A DNA stretch of 64,000 nucleotides from an uncultured delta proteobacterium (GTDB lineage: Bacteria > Desulfobacterota > Binatia > UBA9968), in the NCBI GenBank assembly GCA_963816145.1, contig CAWFJP010000029.1:160001-224000 (forward strand), given 5' to 3'. A model generated the notes under the pieces. That model worked only from the letters and a program-made list of their open reading frames with translations, made no database searches and was not told the DNA's origin. This document shows positions 19,221 through 29,053 of this stretch, in pieces; within the stretch, counting starts at the first letter, position 1; each line of letters opens with the position of its first letter. Made by a program: the position numbers and the translations under genes.

Positions 19221-20051
19221 ATGCTGAAACCGATCGGAATGACCGAAGGGCACTATGAGTGCCGCTCTCTCGATGAGACGCTGCCGATTTTCACCGAGTT
19301 GTTGGCTGCTGAGGTGATCGAGCGCAGCGACAAGCAGGCGGTAGTCAAGCATCCCAACACCAAGTGGCGCTTGGTGATTCACGAAGGCGGACCGGACTCG
19401 AAGAACAAGCCGCACACCAATCACTATGGCTTTCGTGTCAGCACTTCCAAGGAAATCCCGATCGCGCACCAGTATATTTCCGACCATAAGGCGCAATACA
19501 AGATCAAGAGCGTGACGCCGCCGCACGAGGCGCATTTCGCCTATTCGATTTATTTTAAAGAACCGGGCGGCAACGATCTGGAGTTGGAATACTACAATCC
19601 GGCGGCGATCAAACAGGGCCGCCGCATCGCCGCGCCGCATTGGACCACGCCGCTACCGGAAGAAAAGTTTCCCGGCAGAGGCTATGTGCCCCAGGCGATG
19701 ACCCATGGCACGCTCAATTGCGACGACAAGGAAACCAGCGATCAGTTTCTCGCCAATGTGCTCGGCCTGGATATCATCGGCGGCGGCCGCACCTCGACCT
19801 ATATCAGCGTGCCGAACATGGGGCCGTGGTACGTCGTGGTGTTACCGACGACGCACCGCGATTATCTGTCCGAGGCTAACCGTTTCACCCTGCAAGTGGC
19901 CAGCCCCGAAGAAGTCGAAGTCGCGCACAAAGAATTCTCGAAAAACGGCAAACAGTTGGGCATCCACGATGTCCGCGAATTGAAGACCAATGGACGGGCG
20001 CATTTTCTCCTGAGCGATATCAGCAAGAACTGGTGGGAGATTACCTCGTAG
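19221..20051 (+). CDS. VOC family protein
   Basis: NHYGFRV, YFKEPGGNDLELE, LSDISKNWWEI; RBS aaggag. Confidence 0.8.
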   Translation: MLKPIGMTEGHYECRSLDETLPIFTELLAAEVIERSDKQAVVKHPNTKWRLVIHEGGPDSKNKPHTNHYGFRVSTSKEIPIAHQYISDHKAQYKIKSVTPPHEAHFAYSIYFKEPGGNDLELEYYNPAAIKQGRRIAAPHWTTPLPEEKFPGRGYVPQAMTHGTLNCDDKETSDQFLANVLGLDIIGGGRTSTYISVPNMGPWYVVVLPTTHRDYLSEANRFTLQVASPEEVEVAHKEFSKNGKQLGIHDVRELKTNGRAHFLLSDISKNWWEITS

Positions 20052-20074
20052 GACTTGCGTCGGCACTGAATTAG

Positions 20075-20115
20075 ACGCCGCTGACAGCGCTGCTGTTAGC
20101 GGCGTTTTTGTTTTT
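20075..20115 (+). terminator. Rho-independent terminator
   Basis: acgccgctgacagc-gct-gctgttagcggcgt followed by a T-tract. Confidence 0.8.
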
Positions 20116-20172
20116 GTCCTGGTGGGAGACGGTCCGCTCAGGCTTGTCCTGCGTAGTCGTTCACTTAGACCG

Positions 20173-20241
20173 AGATCTCTCACTTCGTTCGAGATGACAA
20201 ATCGATTATTCTGCTGTCATTTCGAGCGAAGCGAGAAATCT
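20173..20241. repeat. TGTC-type REP doublet
   Basis: agatctctcacttcgttcgagatgaca ... tgtcatttcgagcgaagcgagaaatct. Confidence 0.85.
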
Positions 20242-20344
20242 GTCTTAGGATGAAGACCTGTGCTCGACTCAAACGGAACCACTACCTTGTCTTGACAGTC
20301 GTTCATGCGAACGGTTATAGGGGCGAACAGACACGGAGGTTTTC

Positions 20345-21388
20345 ATGTACAACGGACCGGTGATCGATGCCGACGGGCATGTGTTGGAGAAAGAAAAGTA
20401 TATCCGCAAATATCTCGAAAAGCCGTGGGATAAGCGCTCGACTGCGCTGCGCACGCGCGATCAACCTTGGGACGCCAATTTGTTCGATAGTTTCGAGATG
20501 GCTGTGCGTTGGGAAGATTTATCGCCCAAGGAGCAGATCGACGAGTGGCATGCGGTTATGGATCGCGAGGGCATGGAGTACGCGATCTGTTTCCCCACCG
20601 GCTCGGGCAATGTCTCGAAGCTCCAAGAGTTGGATTTCGCCCTGGCGATCGCGCGCGCTTCGAACACGCAGTTCGCCAAGGAGTTCAACGCCCACTCCAA
20701 TAGGGTCAGCTGCGTCGGCGTGTTGCCGCTGCGCGATCCCAAAGCGGCGGTCGAGGAAATGCGCCGCGCGGTAAACGAATTGGGCCTGAAGGGTTTCGAG
20801 ATTCTGCCGATGGGCTTGCCGTTGGCCCTGGGCAGTACGTTTTACGATCCGGTCTACGCCGAGGCGGAAAAGCTAGGCGCGGTGATCGGTATTCACGGTT
20901 CGCGGAGTAATTCCCACGAACTGGGAGCGGACAAATTGTCGACCTTTGCCGAGGTCCATTCGTATGCATTTACCGTGGGGCTGCTGTTGCAGTTTACCCA
21001 TGTGGTCGGACAGGGAGTACCGATCCGTTTCCCCAATTTGAAACTGGCTTTTTTGGAAATCGGCGCCACCTGGCTGCCGTACTATTTGGACCGTCTCGAC
21101 GAGCACTGGGAAAAGCGCGCCAAGCACGAAATGCCGCTGCTCAAAGAAAAACCCAGCGATGTCGTGCGCAAGTCGAAGATGTGGTTCAGTCTCGAATCCG
21201 GCGAGTCGCTGTTGCCTGAGGCGATCAACTATCTCGGCGCGGAACATTTTCTTTATGCCTCGGATATTCCGCATTGGGATAGTGAGTTTCCCAGTAACTT
21301 ACATGCGTTGCGCAATCATCCGCGCATCAGCGACACCGACAAGGAAAAGATTCTTTATAGCAATGGCAAGCAGCTTTTCAATTTGTAG
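20345..21388 (+). CDS. Amidohydrolase_2 family protein
   Basis: IDADGHV, IH, FLEIG..WLPY, YASDIPHWD. Confidence 0.9.
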   Translation: MYNGPVIDADGHVLEKEKYIRKYLEKPWDKRSTALRTRDQPWDANLFDSFEMAVRWEDLSPKEQIDEWHAVMDREGMEYAICFPTGSGNVSKLQELDFALAIARASNTQFAKEFNAHSNRVSCVGVLPLRDPKAAVEEMRRAVNELGLKGFEILPMGLPLALGSTFYDPVYAEAEKLGAVIGIHGSRSNSHELGADKLSTFAEVHSYAFTVGLLLQFTHVVGQGVPIRFPNLKLAFLEIGATWLPYYLDRLDEHWEKRAKHEMPLLKEKPSDVVRKSKMWFSLESGESLLPEAINYLGAEHFLYASDIPHWDSEFPSNLHALRNHPRISDTDKEKILYSNGKQLFNL

Positions 21389-21414
21389 GGCTTTGCCAGA
21401 ATCGGCAGGTAGAG

Positions 21415-22407
21415 ATGAAACTTCGCTTTGCTCTCATTGCGGTCAGCTTAATCGCTGGCGCCGGGCTTACCGGCAGCCTCTGGGCCGCCGATAAGCTGGT
21501 GGCGCTTTATTCCGCTCACGCGGTGCCTTATTCGATGCCCTGGGTTGCCGAGGAGCTGGGATTATTCAAGAAGCAAGATATCGATTTCGACTTTGTCTAC
21601 ATTCCTTCGTCGTCAACGGCAACCGCGGCGATACTTGGCGGTAACGTCGAAATTGGGCTCTTGGGCGGCGTCGGTGTCGTCAACGCTTTCGTCAGTGGCG
21701 CGTCGGACTTGGCGTTCATCGGCAGTATCAAGAACATCATGACGCAGAGCATCTTGGCCAAGCCTGACATAACCCGGCTTGAACAGTTGCGCGGCAAGCG
21801 CATCGGCGTCACGCGCATCGGCAGTAATACCCACTACTTCACAGTCCAAGCGTTTCGCCGCGCGGGGATGAACACCGATAAGGATATCACGTTCATCCAG
21901 ACCGGTGGCGAGGCCGAGACTGTCGGCGCGCTGATGTCAGGACGCATCGATGCCGCGACGCTATTGCCACCGAGCGACGGCAGGGCGCTGGCACTGGGAT
22001 TTCGCTATGTGGTCTTCGGTCCGGACATCGATATCCCTTACGCGGCGTCTACCATCGCGACGCGGCGCTCGCTGATGGCCAAGCGCGGGCCGGCGATGGG
22101 CCGTTTCATGCGCGCCATGGCTGAGGCGTCGCGAGCGATGCATCGGGATAAAGAGCTGGTCTTTCGGGTCATGGAGAAAAAGCTGCGAATCAACGATCGC
22201 GCGGTGTTGGAAGCCAGTTACGCCATTGAAATGAAAGTCATGGAGCCGCGGCTGGCTCTCAAAGCGCCGGCGCTCCAGCCAATGCTCGAAGAGGTCGCCC
22301 GCACCAACCCGAGGGCGAATGAGATCAAGCCCCAGGACATGATGGATCGGCGGTATTTGGCGGAGATGGAAAGCAGCGGCTTCTTCAGCCAGCTGTGGGG
22401 CAAATAG
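21415..22407 (+). CDS. ABC transporter substrate-binding protein (NMT1/SsuA-like)
   Basis: Signal peptide; LRGKRIGVTRIGS, SGFFSQLW. Confidence 0.9.
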   Translation: MKLRFALIAVSLIAGAGLTGSLWAADKLVALYSAHAVPYSMPWVAEELGLFKKQDIDFDFVYIPSSSTATAAILGGNVEIGLLGGVGVVNAFVSGASDLAFIGSIKNIMTQSILAKPDITRLEQLRGKRIGVTRIGSNTHYFTVQAFRRAGMNTDKDITFIQTGGEAETVGALMSGRIDAATLLPPSDGRALALGFRYVVFGPDIDIPYAASTIATRRSLMAKRGPAMGRFMRAMAEASRAMHRDKELVFRVMEKKLRINDRAVLEASYAIEMKVMEPRLALKAPALQPMLEEVARTNPRANEIKPQDMMDRRYLAEMESSGFFSQLWGK

Positions 22408-22430
22408 TTCAACGAGAACTTGTTGTCCTC

Positions 22431-22901
22431 AACCACGAAGTGGTCATGAGCTTACGCTCGTCTACAGAGTTTGAAATTGCAACCATCCCACCACACCATA
22501 GTTTTTCCCTTGATTCGTCATGCCGGCGAAGGCCGGCATCCAGGGGGCGGGAGGGGATGGATACCGGCTTTCGCCGGTATGACAGAAACCTCGTGCCAAT
22601 TCGTCGCCCGGATCATACTTGCACATGTATTTTCTAATGAGGATACGAAGAGCACGAAGTTCGGAAATTCGGTCATGCGAAACCTTCAGGTCCTTCGTTC
22701 TGCCATCCGTGATAGTTTGCGCGGTGTGGGCAAATTGCCCGGGAGCCGAAGCCACTCGGATTAAGATATTCCTCGCGCCAAGGGCGCCAAGATCGCAGAG
22801 TTATCTATTTTTATTCTGTTCCTTGGCGGTCTGAGCGTGCTTTGCGCGAGATCTTCCGAATTTTGGTTGCAGCTCCGGCGCGGTGCGATCTTCGTGGTGA
22901 A
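22431..22901. repeat. CACGAAG tandem-inverted repeat with both arms interrupted by nested elements
   Basis: aaccacgaag|insert|gatacgaagagcacgaag ... ccttcaggtccttcgt|insert|gatcttcgtggtgaa. Confidence 0.75.
22441..22641. mobile_element. ~200-bp non-autonomous element (copy B) carrying a CGTC-REP doublet
   Basis: Colinear homology with 9439-9638. Confidence 0.75.
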
Positions 22902-22945
22902 CACCGAGCTTCCTATTTTAGAATTGCCGCGATTCGCCACTGCGT

Positions 22946-23914
22946 TCAGCGTAGTTTGAGTTCCTTTTGCACTTCGCGCAGCAGAGTGAAGTCGCGCACT
23001 TGATCGAGGGATGCAGGCCGTGGCAGGCCGACGGTTTGGACGCGGCTGTCGATGAGCGCTTGCCAGGTGGCGTCGTTGGTGCCGCCGTCCTGGCTGTAAC
23101 CGGCGACAATCAGGTCGTAGGAGCGCGCTGCGATATCCGGTTTCTGACTGAGCCACTGCGCCATGATGGCGATGGTTTCATCGCGCCGCTCGCGCACGAA
23201 GCGCAGGCCGCGGATCATCGCGCGTACTACTTTCTTAACCTCGGCGCGTTTCTCGGCGAGCCGTTGGTTGGTTGCCGTCAAACCGTTGGTGGGAACGCCG
23301 AGTTTTACATCGTTAGGGCCGGCGATAATCCGGTAGCCATCTTTTTCCAGTAGCACCGGACCCGGCGGCAGCAAGCAGACCGCGTCGACCAAGCCGCTGG
23401 TCAACACACTCATACGCACCGGCAGGTCGCCGCTTATGGTGATGAACTGGACGTCTTTCAAGTCGACGCCCTTGGCCTCGAGAATCGATTCGGCCATGAC
23501 GCGGTCGGACAAGCCGCGCTGTTGGGCGCCAATTTTTTTGCCACGGAGCTCGGCGACGCTTTTAATCCCTGGCCGGGCGATGATGTAGTAGGGCGATTTC
23601 TCGGTTATCACCGCGAGCATCTTGGCCGGCATACCCTGCATGATGGCGTTTAAAATACTGCCGAAGGTCGTGGTGTAATGAATCTCGGCGTTCATCAATG
23701 CCGGCGCCGCAATGGGCGGGCGCATCTGCACCATGACCGGTTCGAGACCCTCGTCTTTGAAAAACCCTTTGGCCACCGCGACGTGGCCGGGAAGAAATGA
23801 GAAGTCCCGGCTCGAGTAAGAGATGATGACTTTCTCCTGCGAGTGCGCGATAGGTGAAAGGCCAGGCGCCGATATAATGGTGATGGCACTCAGCATGGCG
23901 AAGATAATTTTCAT
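22946..23914 (-). CDS. ABC transporter substrate-binding protein (NMT1/SsuA-like)
   Basis: Signal peptide MKIIFAML; KGFFKDEGL, ELRGKKIG, DFTLLREVQKEL. Confidence 0.9.
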   Translation of the reverse strand: MKIIFAMLSAITIISAPGLSPIAHSQEKVIISYSSRDFSFLPGHVAVAKGFFKDEGLEPVMVQMRPPIAAPALMNAEIHYTTTFGSILNAIMQGMPAKMLAVITEKSPYYIIARPGIKSVAELRGKKIGAQQRGLSDRVMAESILEAKGVDLKDVQFITISGDLPVRMSVLTSGLVDAVCLLPPGPVLLEKDGYRIIAGPNDVKLGVPTNGLTATNQRLAEKRAEVKKVVRAMIRGLRFVRERRDETIAIMAQWLSQKPDIAARSYDLIVAGYSQDGGTNDATWQALIDSRVQTVGLPRPASLDQVRDFTLLREVQKELKLR

Positions 23915-23930
23915 TTCAGCGGTAATCGAC

Positions 23931-24467
23931 TCATTGGGGCGGGATATTCGCCGGTACTTTGTTGGAGATCGCTTTAACCGTGCGCAGATAGCGATAAATC
24001 GCACGAGCATCTTCTTCCTTCATATTGCCGTAGATGCTCCACTCCATCGGCGACAATGCGTATTTAACCCCGTCTGGTCGAATGCCGGTTTTAAACGTTT
24101 TGACGAATTGTTCTTCGGACCATTTGCCGATGCCCGTTTCATTGTCGGGAGTGATATTCTTTGCGTAGTAGCGCGCGCCGCGCGGCCCGGGAAAACCAGC
24201 AACTTGGCTCGGGCCAGTTGTTATCCCGGCGTATTTTGCCGGAACCCCGGAGAGAAACAGACTTTTGTCGGATTGGTTATTGGCATCGCGCGGCGTGTGG
24301 CAGCCGATGCAGTCACCCAAATGGTTCACCAAATAATTACCTCTTTCGAGATAGGTCGTTTGTTCCCAATCGCCGGGAATAGTGTCATGAGTTTTATTAA
24401 CAGCGCAGGCGGAGATCCCTAGACAAAACGCGGCCAAAAATAATATTTTTACACTCCTCGGGTTCAT
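23931..24467 (-). CDS. Cytochrome c lipoprotein (similar to a gluconate/alcohol dehydrogenase cytochrome domain)
   Basis: Lipobox ISAC; RGNYL...CIGCHTP; NITPD.ETGIG.WS; PM. Confidence 0.9.
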   Translation of the reverse strand: MNPRSVKILFLAAFCLGISACAVNKTHDTIPGDWEQTTYLERGNYLVNHLGDCIGCHTPRDANNQSDKSLFLSGVPAKYAGITTGPSQVAGFPGPRGARYYAKNITPDNETGIGKWSEEQFVKTFKTGIRPDGVKYALSPMEWSIYGNMKEEDARAIYRYLRTVKAISNKVPANIPPQ

Positions 24468-24479
24468 GGTTACCTCAAT

Positions 24480-24983
24480 CTATTTCGCATCGGCTGGCAC
24501 GCCGTCGGGCGCTTTGCTCTTGATTGGCTTGATCGTCTTTAGGTAGGTCCAAAGGGATTTCAAATCGCGGTCGGTAATTTTTTGAAACGCCTCCCAGGGC
24601 ATCTGGGCGTCGAGCACGCGGCCGTCCGGTGTCAGGCCAGTGCGCATGGCCCGGACGAAATCGGTTTCGGTCCAATTGCCGATGCCGGTTTCTCGGTCGG
24701 GAGTGATGTTGCGCGCATAGATTTTCTTCCAGCGGGGCGACGTCCAGCCGGCGTTTGCCGGCGGCCCCGCGGGCGGTGGCGGATTGGGTGCGCCGGCATA
24801 GTGCCATGCTTCGTCTTTACCACCATCGGCTTTTTCTCTGGTATGGCAGCCGCAACCCTGAATGGCGGTGGCGATGTAACGGCCGCGGGCGATCAGGTCG
24901 GTATCCGTTTGCGCTTGCGCCCGCTTAAGCGGTAATAAAATGGCGCCGATTGTAACCAGGTAAAGTATAATAGGAGGTGGCAT
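24480..24983 (-). CDS. Cytochrome c, same family, with a contracted CxCH motif
   Basis: RGRYI...GCGCHT; NITPDRETGIGNWT; QMPW. Confidence 0.85.
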   Translation of the reverse strand: MPPPIILYLVTIGAILLPLKRAQAQTDTDLIARGRYIATAIQGCGCHTREKADGGKDEAWHYAGAPNPPPPAGPPANAGWTSPRWKKIYARNITPDRETGIGNWTETDFVRAMRTGLTPDGRVLDAQMPWEAFQKITDRDLKSLWTYLKTIKPIKSKAPDGVPADAK

Positions 24984-25054
24984 CAGTCGGCCTTTCCGTG
25001 TTCGCTAGACGGCGCTATAGCACGAGGTTAGCCACTCCTACAAACGAGAGTTCA

Positions 25055-25465
25055 ATGCGTCTGAAAAGCACCGGAAGTGATCAATTCTCGACCGGCACCA
25101 AGCGGGTGCTAGTAAGCGCTGCGTTGTTGCTATGGCTGTCCTCGATTGCCAATGCCGATCTAGAACAGGGCAAGCGGCTTTATAAGGAAAACTGCGTGCC
25201 CTGTCATGGAGAATCGGGCATGGGCGATGGTGTGGGAGCTCGGTCGCTCCCGGTGCGGCCTGCTGATCACACTAATGCTGCGGCGATGAACGGACGCAGT
25301 GACGCGTTTTTGCGCGACGTGATTACCAAGGGCGGCGGTGCAATGGGGCTGTCGTCCTTCATGCCGGCTTGGCAGGGACTTTTCAAAGACAGTGAAATTC
25401 TCGATCTCGTGAGTTACATCCGAAGTCTGGCAGCGTCGAGCAGTGGGAGCACCAGCAAACGCTGA
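25055..25465 (+). CDS. Class I cytochrome c
   Basis: GKRLYKENCVPCHGESG.GDG, MPAW, LVSYIRSL. Confidence 0.9.
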   Translation: MRLKSTGSDQFSTGTKRVLVSAALLLWLSSIANADLEQGKRLYKENCVPCHGESGMGDGVGARSLPVRPADHTNAAAMNGRSDAFLRDVITKGGGAMGLSSFMPAWQGLFKDSEILDLVSYIRSLAASSSGSTSKR

Positions 25466-25493
25466 ATCGAACGAAAACGATGGTCGAGTTCGG

Positions 25494-25539
25494 CTCGCAC
25501 TGCGGCCAGCTTCGATGTGAGTGTAGGCCGCAGTGCGAG
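25494..25539. terminator. Hairpin between convergent genes
   Basis: ctcgcactgcggcc ... ggccgcagtgcgag (14-bp stem). Confidence 0.6.
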
Positions 25540-25548
25540 TAGCCAAAT

Positions 25549-26691
25549 TTAACGCGCCGGCAAATCCTCGTCGATTAGATTAAACCACTTCTTGGCGTTC
25601 TCCCCCAGCACATGGCGCAGCTTGTCGTCGGTCATGCCCTTGATTTTTTTCACTTCCTTCACCGAGTCGGGGAATTCCGAATCCCAGTGGCGGTAGTCCG
25701 AGGCGTACATTACTTGGGTGATGCCGATATCGTCGAGGACATACGGCAGGATGGCTTCTTCCGGCTCGCAAGTAAAACTAACCTGGCCGCTGCGGACGAT
25801 TTCCGAGGGCTTGCGTTTGAGCAGCGGCCACTGCGGGCGCAGTTTGTAATAATGCTCGTCCATCCGTTCGGACCAGAAGGGCAGCCAACCGCAGGCGCCT
25901 TCCATGAACCCAACTTTGAGTTTGGGATAACGGTCGAAAACGCCCTCCCCGATCATATGCATGAGTGCGATCATCAGCTCGAAGGGAAACGACGTCATAT
26001 GCACGTAGCTGTATTTTTCCATGCGCTCGCTGCCGGCGCCCATGACACCCCAGACGCCATACTGGCCGTCATGCTCAGTTTGCGGATGGACCGACAGCGG
26101 AATGTTCATCTCTTGCGCCGCGGCATAGACCGGATCGAACATGCGATGGCCGAGATTGATGCCGTAGACGTTGGTCGGCAACATGGCGCTGACGACCTGG
26201 CGGTGTTGCGCGATGTATTCCAGTTCTTTCACCGCCAACTGGGGATCTTGCACGGGGATCAGGCCGACGCCTTTGAGACGCTTGGGATCGGGAGCGAGGT
26301 ATTCTTCCACCAGCCAGCGGTTGACCGCGTGACAGATCTGCGCCGCGAGCGGTTTGTCAGCCATGCCGTTGACGGAAAGCGCAATTGAGGTACCGAAGAT
26401 CACCGCGACGTCGATGCCTTCTTGGTCCATGTCCGGCAACCGTTTGATTGGATCGGTCATGCCGGGCCGGCTTCGCTCGATATGCGACGCAAAGACTTCG
26501 CCGCGGTCCCAGCCGCCGCCCCAACGGCGCCGACTGCTTAAGCGGCCTTCGATCATCAAGTGGCCATAGCCGGAACTATCGGTCACTCGATTGGGCGCCA
26601 GATGCGCGTATTCCTTGGGCATCCATTTCGCGAGTTCGTTGTCCGGTTCGTAACAGTGGCCGTCGGCATCGATGACTAAATATTCCGCCAT
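25549..26691 (-). CDS. Amidohydrolase_2 family protein
   Basis: IDADGH, MDQEGID, VHP, FMEGACGW, YASDYRHWD. Confidence 0.9.
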   Translation of the reverse strand: MAEYLVIDADGHCYEPDNELAKWMPKEYAHLAPNRVTDSSGYGHLMIEGRLSSRRRWGGGWDRGEVFASHIERSRPGMTDPIKRLPDMDQEGIDVAVIFGTSIALSVNGMADKPLAAQICHAVNRWLVEEYLAPDPKRLKGVGLIPVQDPQLAVKELEYIAQHRQVVSAMLPTNVYGINLGHRMFDPVYAAAQEMNIPLSVHPQTEHDGQYGVWGVMGAGSERMEKYSYVHMTSFPFELMIALMHMIGEGVFDRYPKLKVGFMEGACGWLPFWSERMDEHYYKLRPQWPLLKRKPSEIVRSGQVSFTCEPEEAILPYVLDDIGITQVMYASDYRHWDSEFPDSVKEVKKIKGMTDDKLRHVLGENAKKWFNLIDEDLPAR

Positions 26692-26783
26692 AAAATCTCC
26701 TCGTCGGTAATGCTATTTTCTTTCTACCTAGTCGGGTTGCGGTTGAATTGCAAGACAAATGAACCCGACACCGGCCCTGTTGT

Positions 26784-27791
26784 CTAACGAGATTGCGGTG
26801 CAGCGACGGCGAAGTCGGTTCCTTGGCGTGGTAGACCGAAGCCGCAGCGCGTAGTCAGGTAACGATCGAATTCTTGGTCGGTGTGAAACTTGAAGCGCAC
26901 CGCGCCGGATTGATCCCATAGCTCTTTCGACGGTACTTCACATTGGCGGCAGCCGTCCGGTTTGTCGCAACTAGGCGGCGGCGTTCCGGTGCTGATGACG
27001 GCATTATTGCCAAGCCGCGGATCGGTGCCGCGCGCATCGGCGCGGACGAGCACGCCTTTGCCCAGGTAGTTGACGCCAGGGTACCTGCGGTCATTGCGTT
27101 CGGGGCTCAGATCCACGGGCGACTCTGTCAACCTGCCGCCGAGAATTTCCTTGGTGATGGCATTGAACTCGACTTCTTCGCCGGTGGGGAGCGTCACGAT
27201 GTTCCGCTCGCCGGCGTTGGCGATGGCGGGCAAATAGCTACGAGGGAAGAAGTACATCAAGCGGTTCATCAATTCGCTCAGGCGAAACACCCGGTCGCGC
27301 GACGGCACCCAGTCGGAAATCATCAGATGGATGTCCTGACGTGCCCGGTCGTCAAAGCGAAACTGAAAATCACGGGTGAAGAATTGGTTCCTGGTCGCAT
27401 CTCGGCGCGGCGTGAGAATTGGGTTGCCGCCATGATTGGAAAACTCGAATCCAACAATATGCCCCTGGCGGGTGCGGCGATACTGCCAGCCCGTGTTGAG
27501 CTGTGCATTGGCATTGCGGCCCGAGAGCATGGTGCCGTATTCGATGTTGCGCGATGCCAGATCTTTGGCCGGAGCGGCGATGAGAGACTCCGGTAAACTA
27601 CGGTCGACCGCGGGTTTGCTGATAACGGCCGGCGGAATCTTCTGCGGCTTTGCCGTTTGCGCTGGGGCTGAGGGCACGGGGGTTTCTTGAGCGGGTTTTT
27701 CCGGAATGGGCGGGGTCGCTGGCGGCGGTGCTTGGCATGCAGCTGCAATGAGCGCCATAGCCAGGCAGATTAGAAATAACCGCGTCGTCAT
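26784..27791 (-). CDS. Hypothetical lipoprotein with a Pro-rich linker
   Basis: MTTRLFLICLAMALIAAAC lipobox-like signal. Confidence 0.75.
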   Translation of the reverse strand: MTTRLFLICLAMALIAAACQAPPPATPPIPEKPAQETPVPSAPAQTAKPQKIPPAVISKPAVDRSLPESLIAAPAKDLASRNIEYGTMLSGRNANAQLNTGWQYRRTRQGHIVGFEFSNHGGNPILTPRRDATRNQFFTRDFQFRFDDRARQDIHLMISDWVPSRDRVFRLSELMNRLMYFFPRSYLPAIANAGERNIVTLPTGEEVEFNAITKEILGGRLTESPVDLSPERNDRRYPGVNYLGKGVLVRADARGTDPRLGNNAVISTGTPPPSCDKPDGCRQCEVPSKELWDQSGAVRFKFHTDQEFDRYLTTRCGFGLPRQGTDFAVAAPQSR

Positions 27792-27899
27792 AACCCAAAA
27801 GTGTACCATTCTTCGCAGCAGCGCGCGACGCAGGCGCTGGCCAAAAGGAACGCAAACTACCTGCCATGCGAATAAAATGTTTTCGGCAAACAACATCGC

Positions 27900-28565
27900 T
27901 CAGGGTGCCGCCTGAGCCGCCAAAAGTTGGCTCTGCAAATTGCCCGCGGTGATGACCAATCCCGAGGAGATGGGCAGACCCGCTAGTTCGAGCGCTTCGG
28001 CAACCCAGGTGTTGCAGGTGCGCAGCAAGCTAAAGCTCCGGCCTGCCGGATAGAAACGGCTGTCGGGGAATAACCCCGGAGCGGCGCGCGCGCGGCCGAG
28101 TGATTTATCGCGCGCGAAAGTGTCGTTGATATAATCGACCATGCGGCTGTAGGCCGGCGGGTTCAAGCGCAGCTCCGTGACGGCGGCGCCACGATAGAAA
28201 TTGTCCACGGTGCCTGAGAATCCGACCAAGTGCATCACACTGCCGCCGGACCACAGCGCCGCCTTGACGGCGGCGAAAACTCCCGATTGCGGATCGGGAA
28301 AATAATCCTTGTCGCCCCAACTAAACTCAATAAGCTGGGCTGCCGGGAAATCCGCCAACTCGGGCATGGTTTTGTCCGACAGGTCGCTTGTGCGCAGAAC
28401 GATCGCGGCATGCCAGGAGTTGTGCACGATAAAGACTGATTGGCATGAAGATTCCTTATTGGCGCACGCCCACTGCGAAAGCGCGTGAGGGTAAGCGACG
28501 CCAAGTGCAAAAAGTAGCGTCAATCCGCCTAGACCCAACGGCAAACTTCGCTGCAACAGCGTCAT
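27900..28565 (-). CDS. DUF2459 domain protein
   Basis: WHAAIV, FSWGD..Y, FYPA...F.L.RTCNTWVA. Confidence 0.85.
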   Translation of the reverse strand: MTLLQRSLPLGLGGLTLLFALGVAYPHALSQWACANKESSCQSVFIVHNSWHAAIVLRTSDLSDKTMPELADFPAAQLIEFSWGDKDYFPDPQSGVFAAVKAALWSGGSVMHLVGFSGTVDNFYRGAAVTELRLNPPAYSRMVDYINDTFARDKSLGRARAAPGLFPDSRFYPAGRSFSLLRTCNTWVAEALELAGLPISSGLVITAGNLQSQLLAAQAAP

Positions 28566-29053
28566 AGCTCAAACTAGCCTAGGAAACAGTCCTATACCAA
28601 CCCCAATTGTCTCGCTCGCTGGGCTGGTAGAATTGCGCAAAGCTAACAAGATTGGCCTGGATTGCGGCATAGAATGCATGACGGTTAATCGAGAGTTCTT
28701 TTCCAGGCTAATTTGCGCCAACGAAGTCGCAGCCACAGACTTTGCCCGTTTTGGGGACAACGTGGGTGGGGAACAGCGGATGAGACTGATGGCAAATATT
28801 AGCGTGATATTTTCGTTGGCGGAAGCACCGGCGCTGGCGGGTATGATTCAGCTCCAAGAGGGCGATGAGGCCGTGAATTGTCAGTTGCGCGGAGCGGCGA
28901 TGGTGACAGCGGCGCCGGAAAGTAGAGTGGTGTTCCCCCAAGATGCCAGTTGTATTGAAGCGGCGGCTGAATCTCGTGAGCCGCTGAAAGACCAAGGTGT
29001 TGGCGCTATCGAAATCGCCGGTTATTCCCCCGCCCACGGCCGGCACGCCCCGA

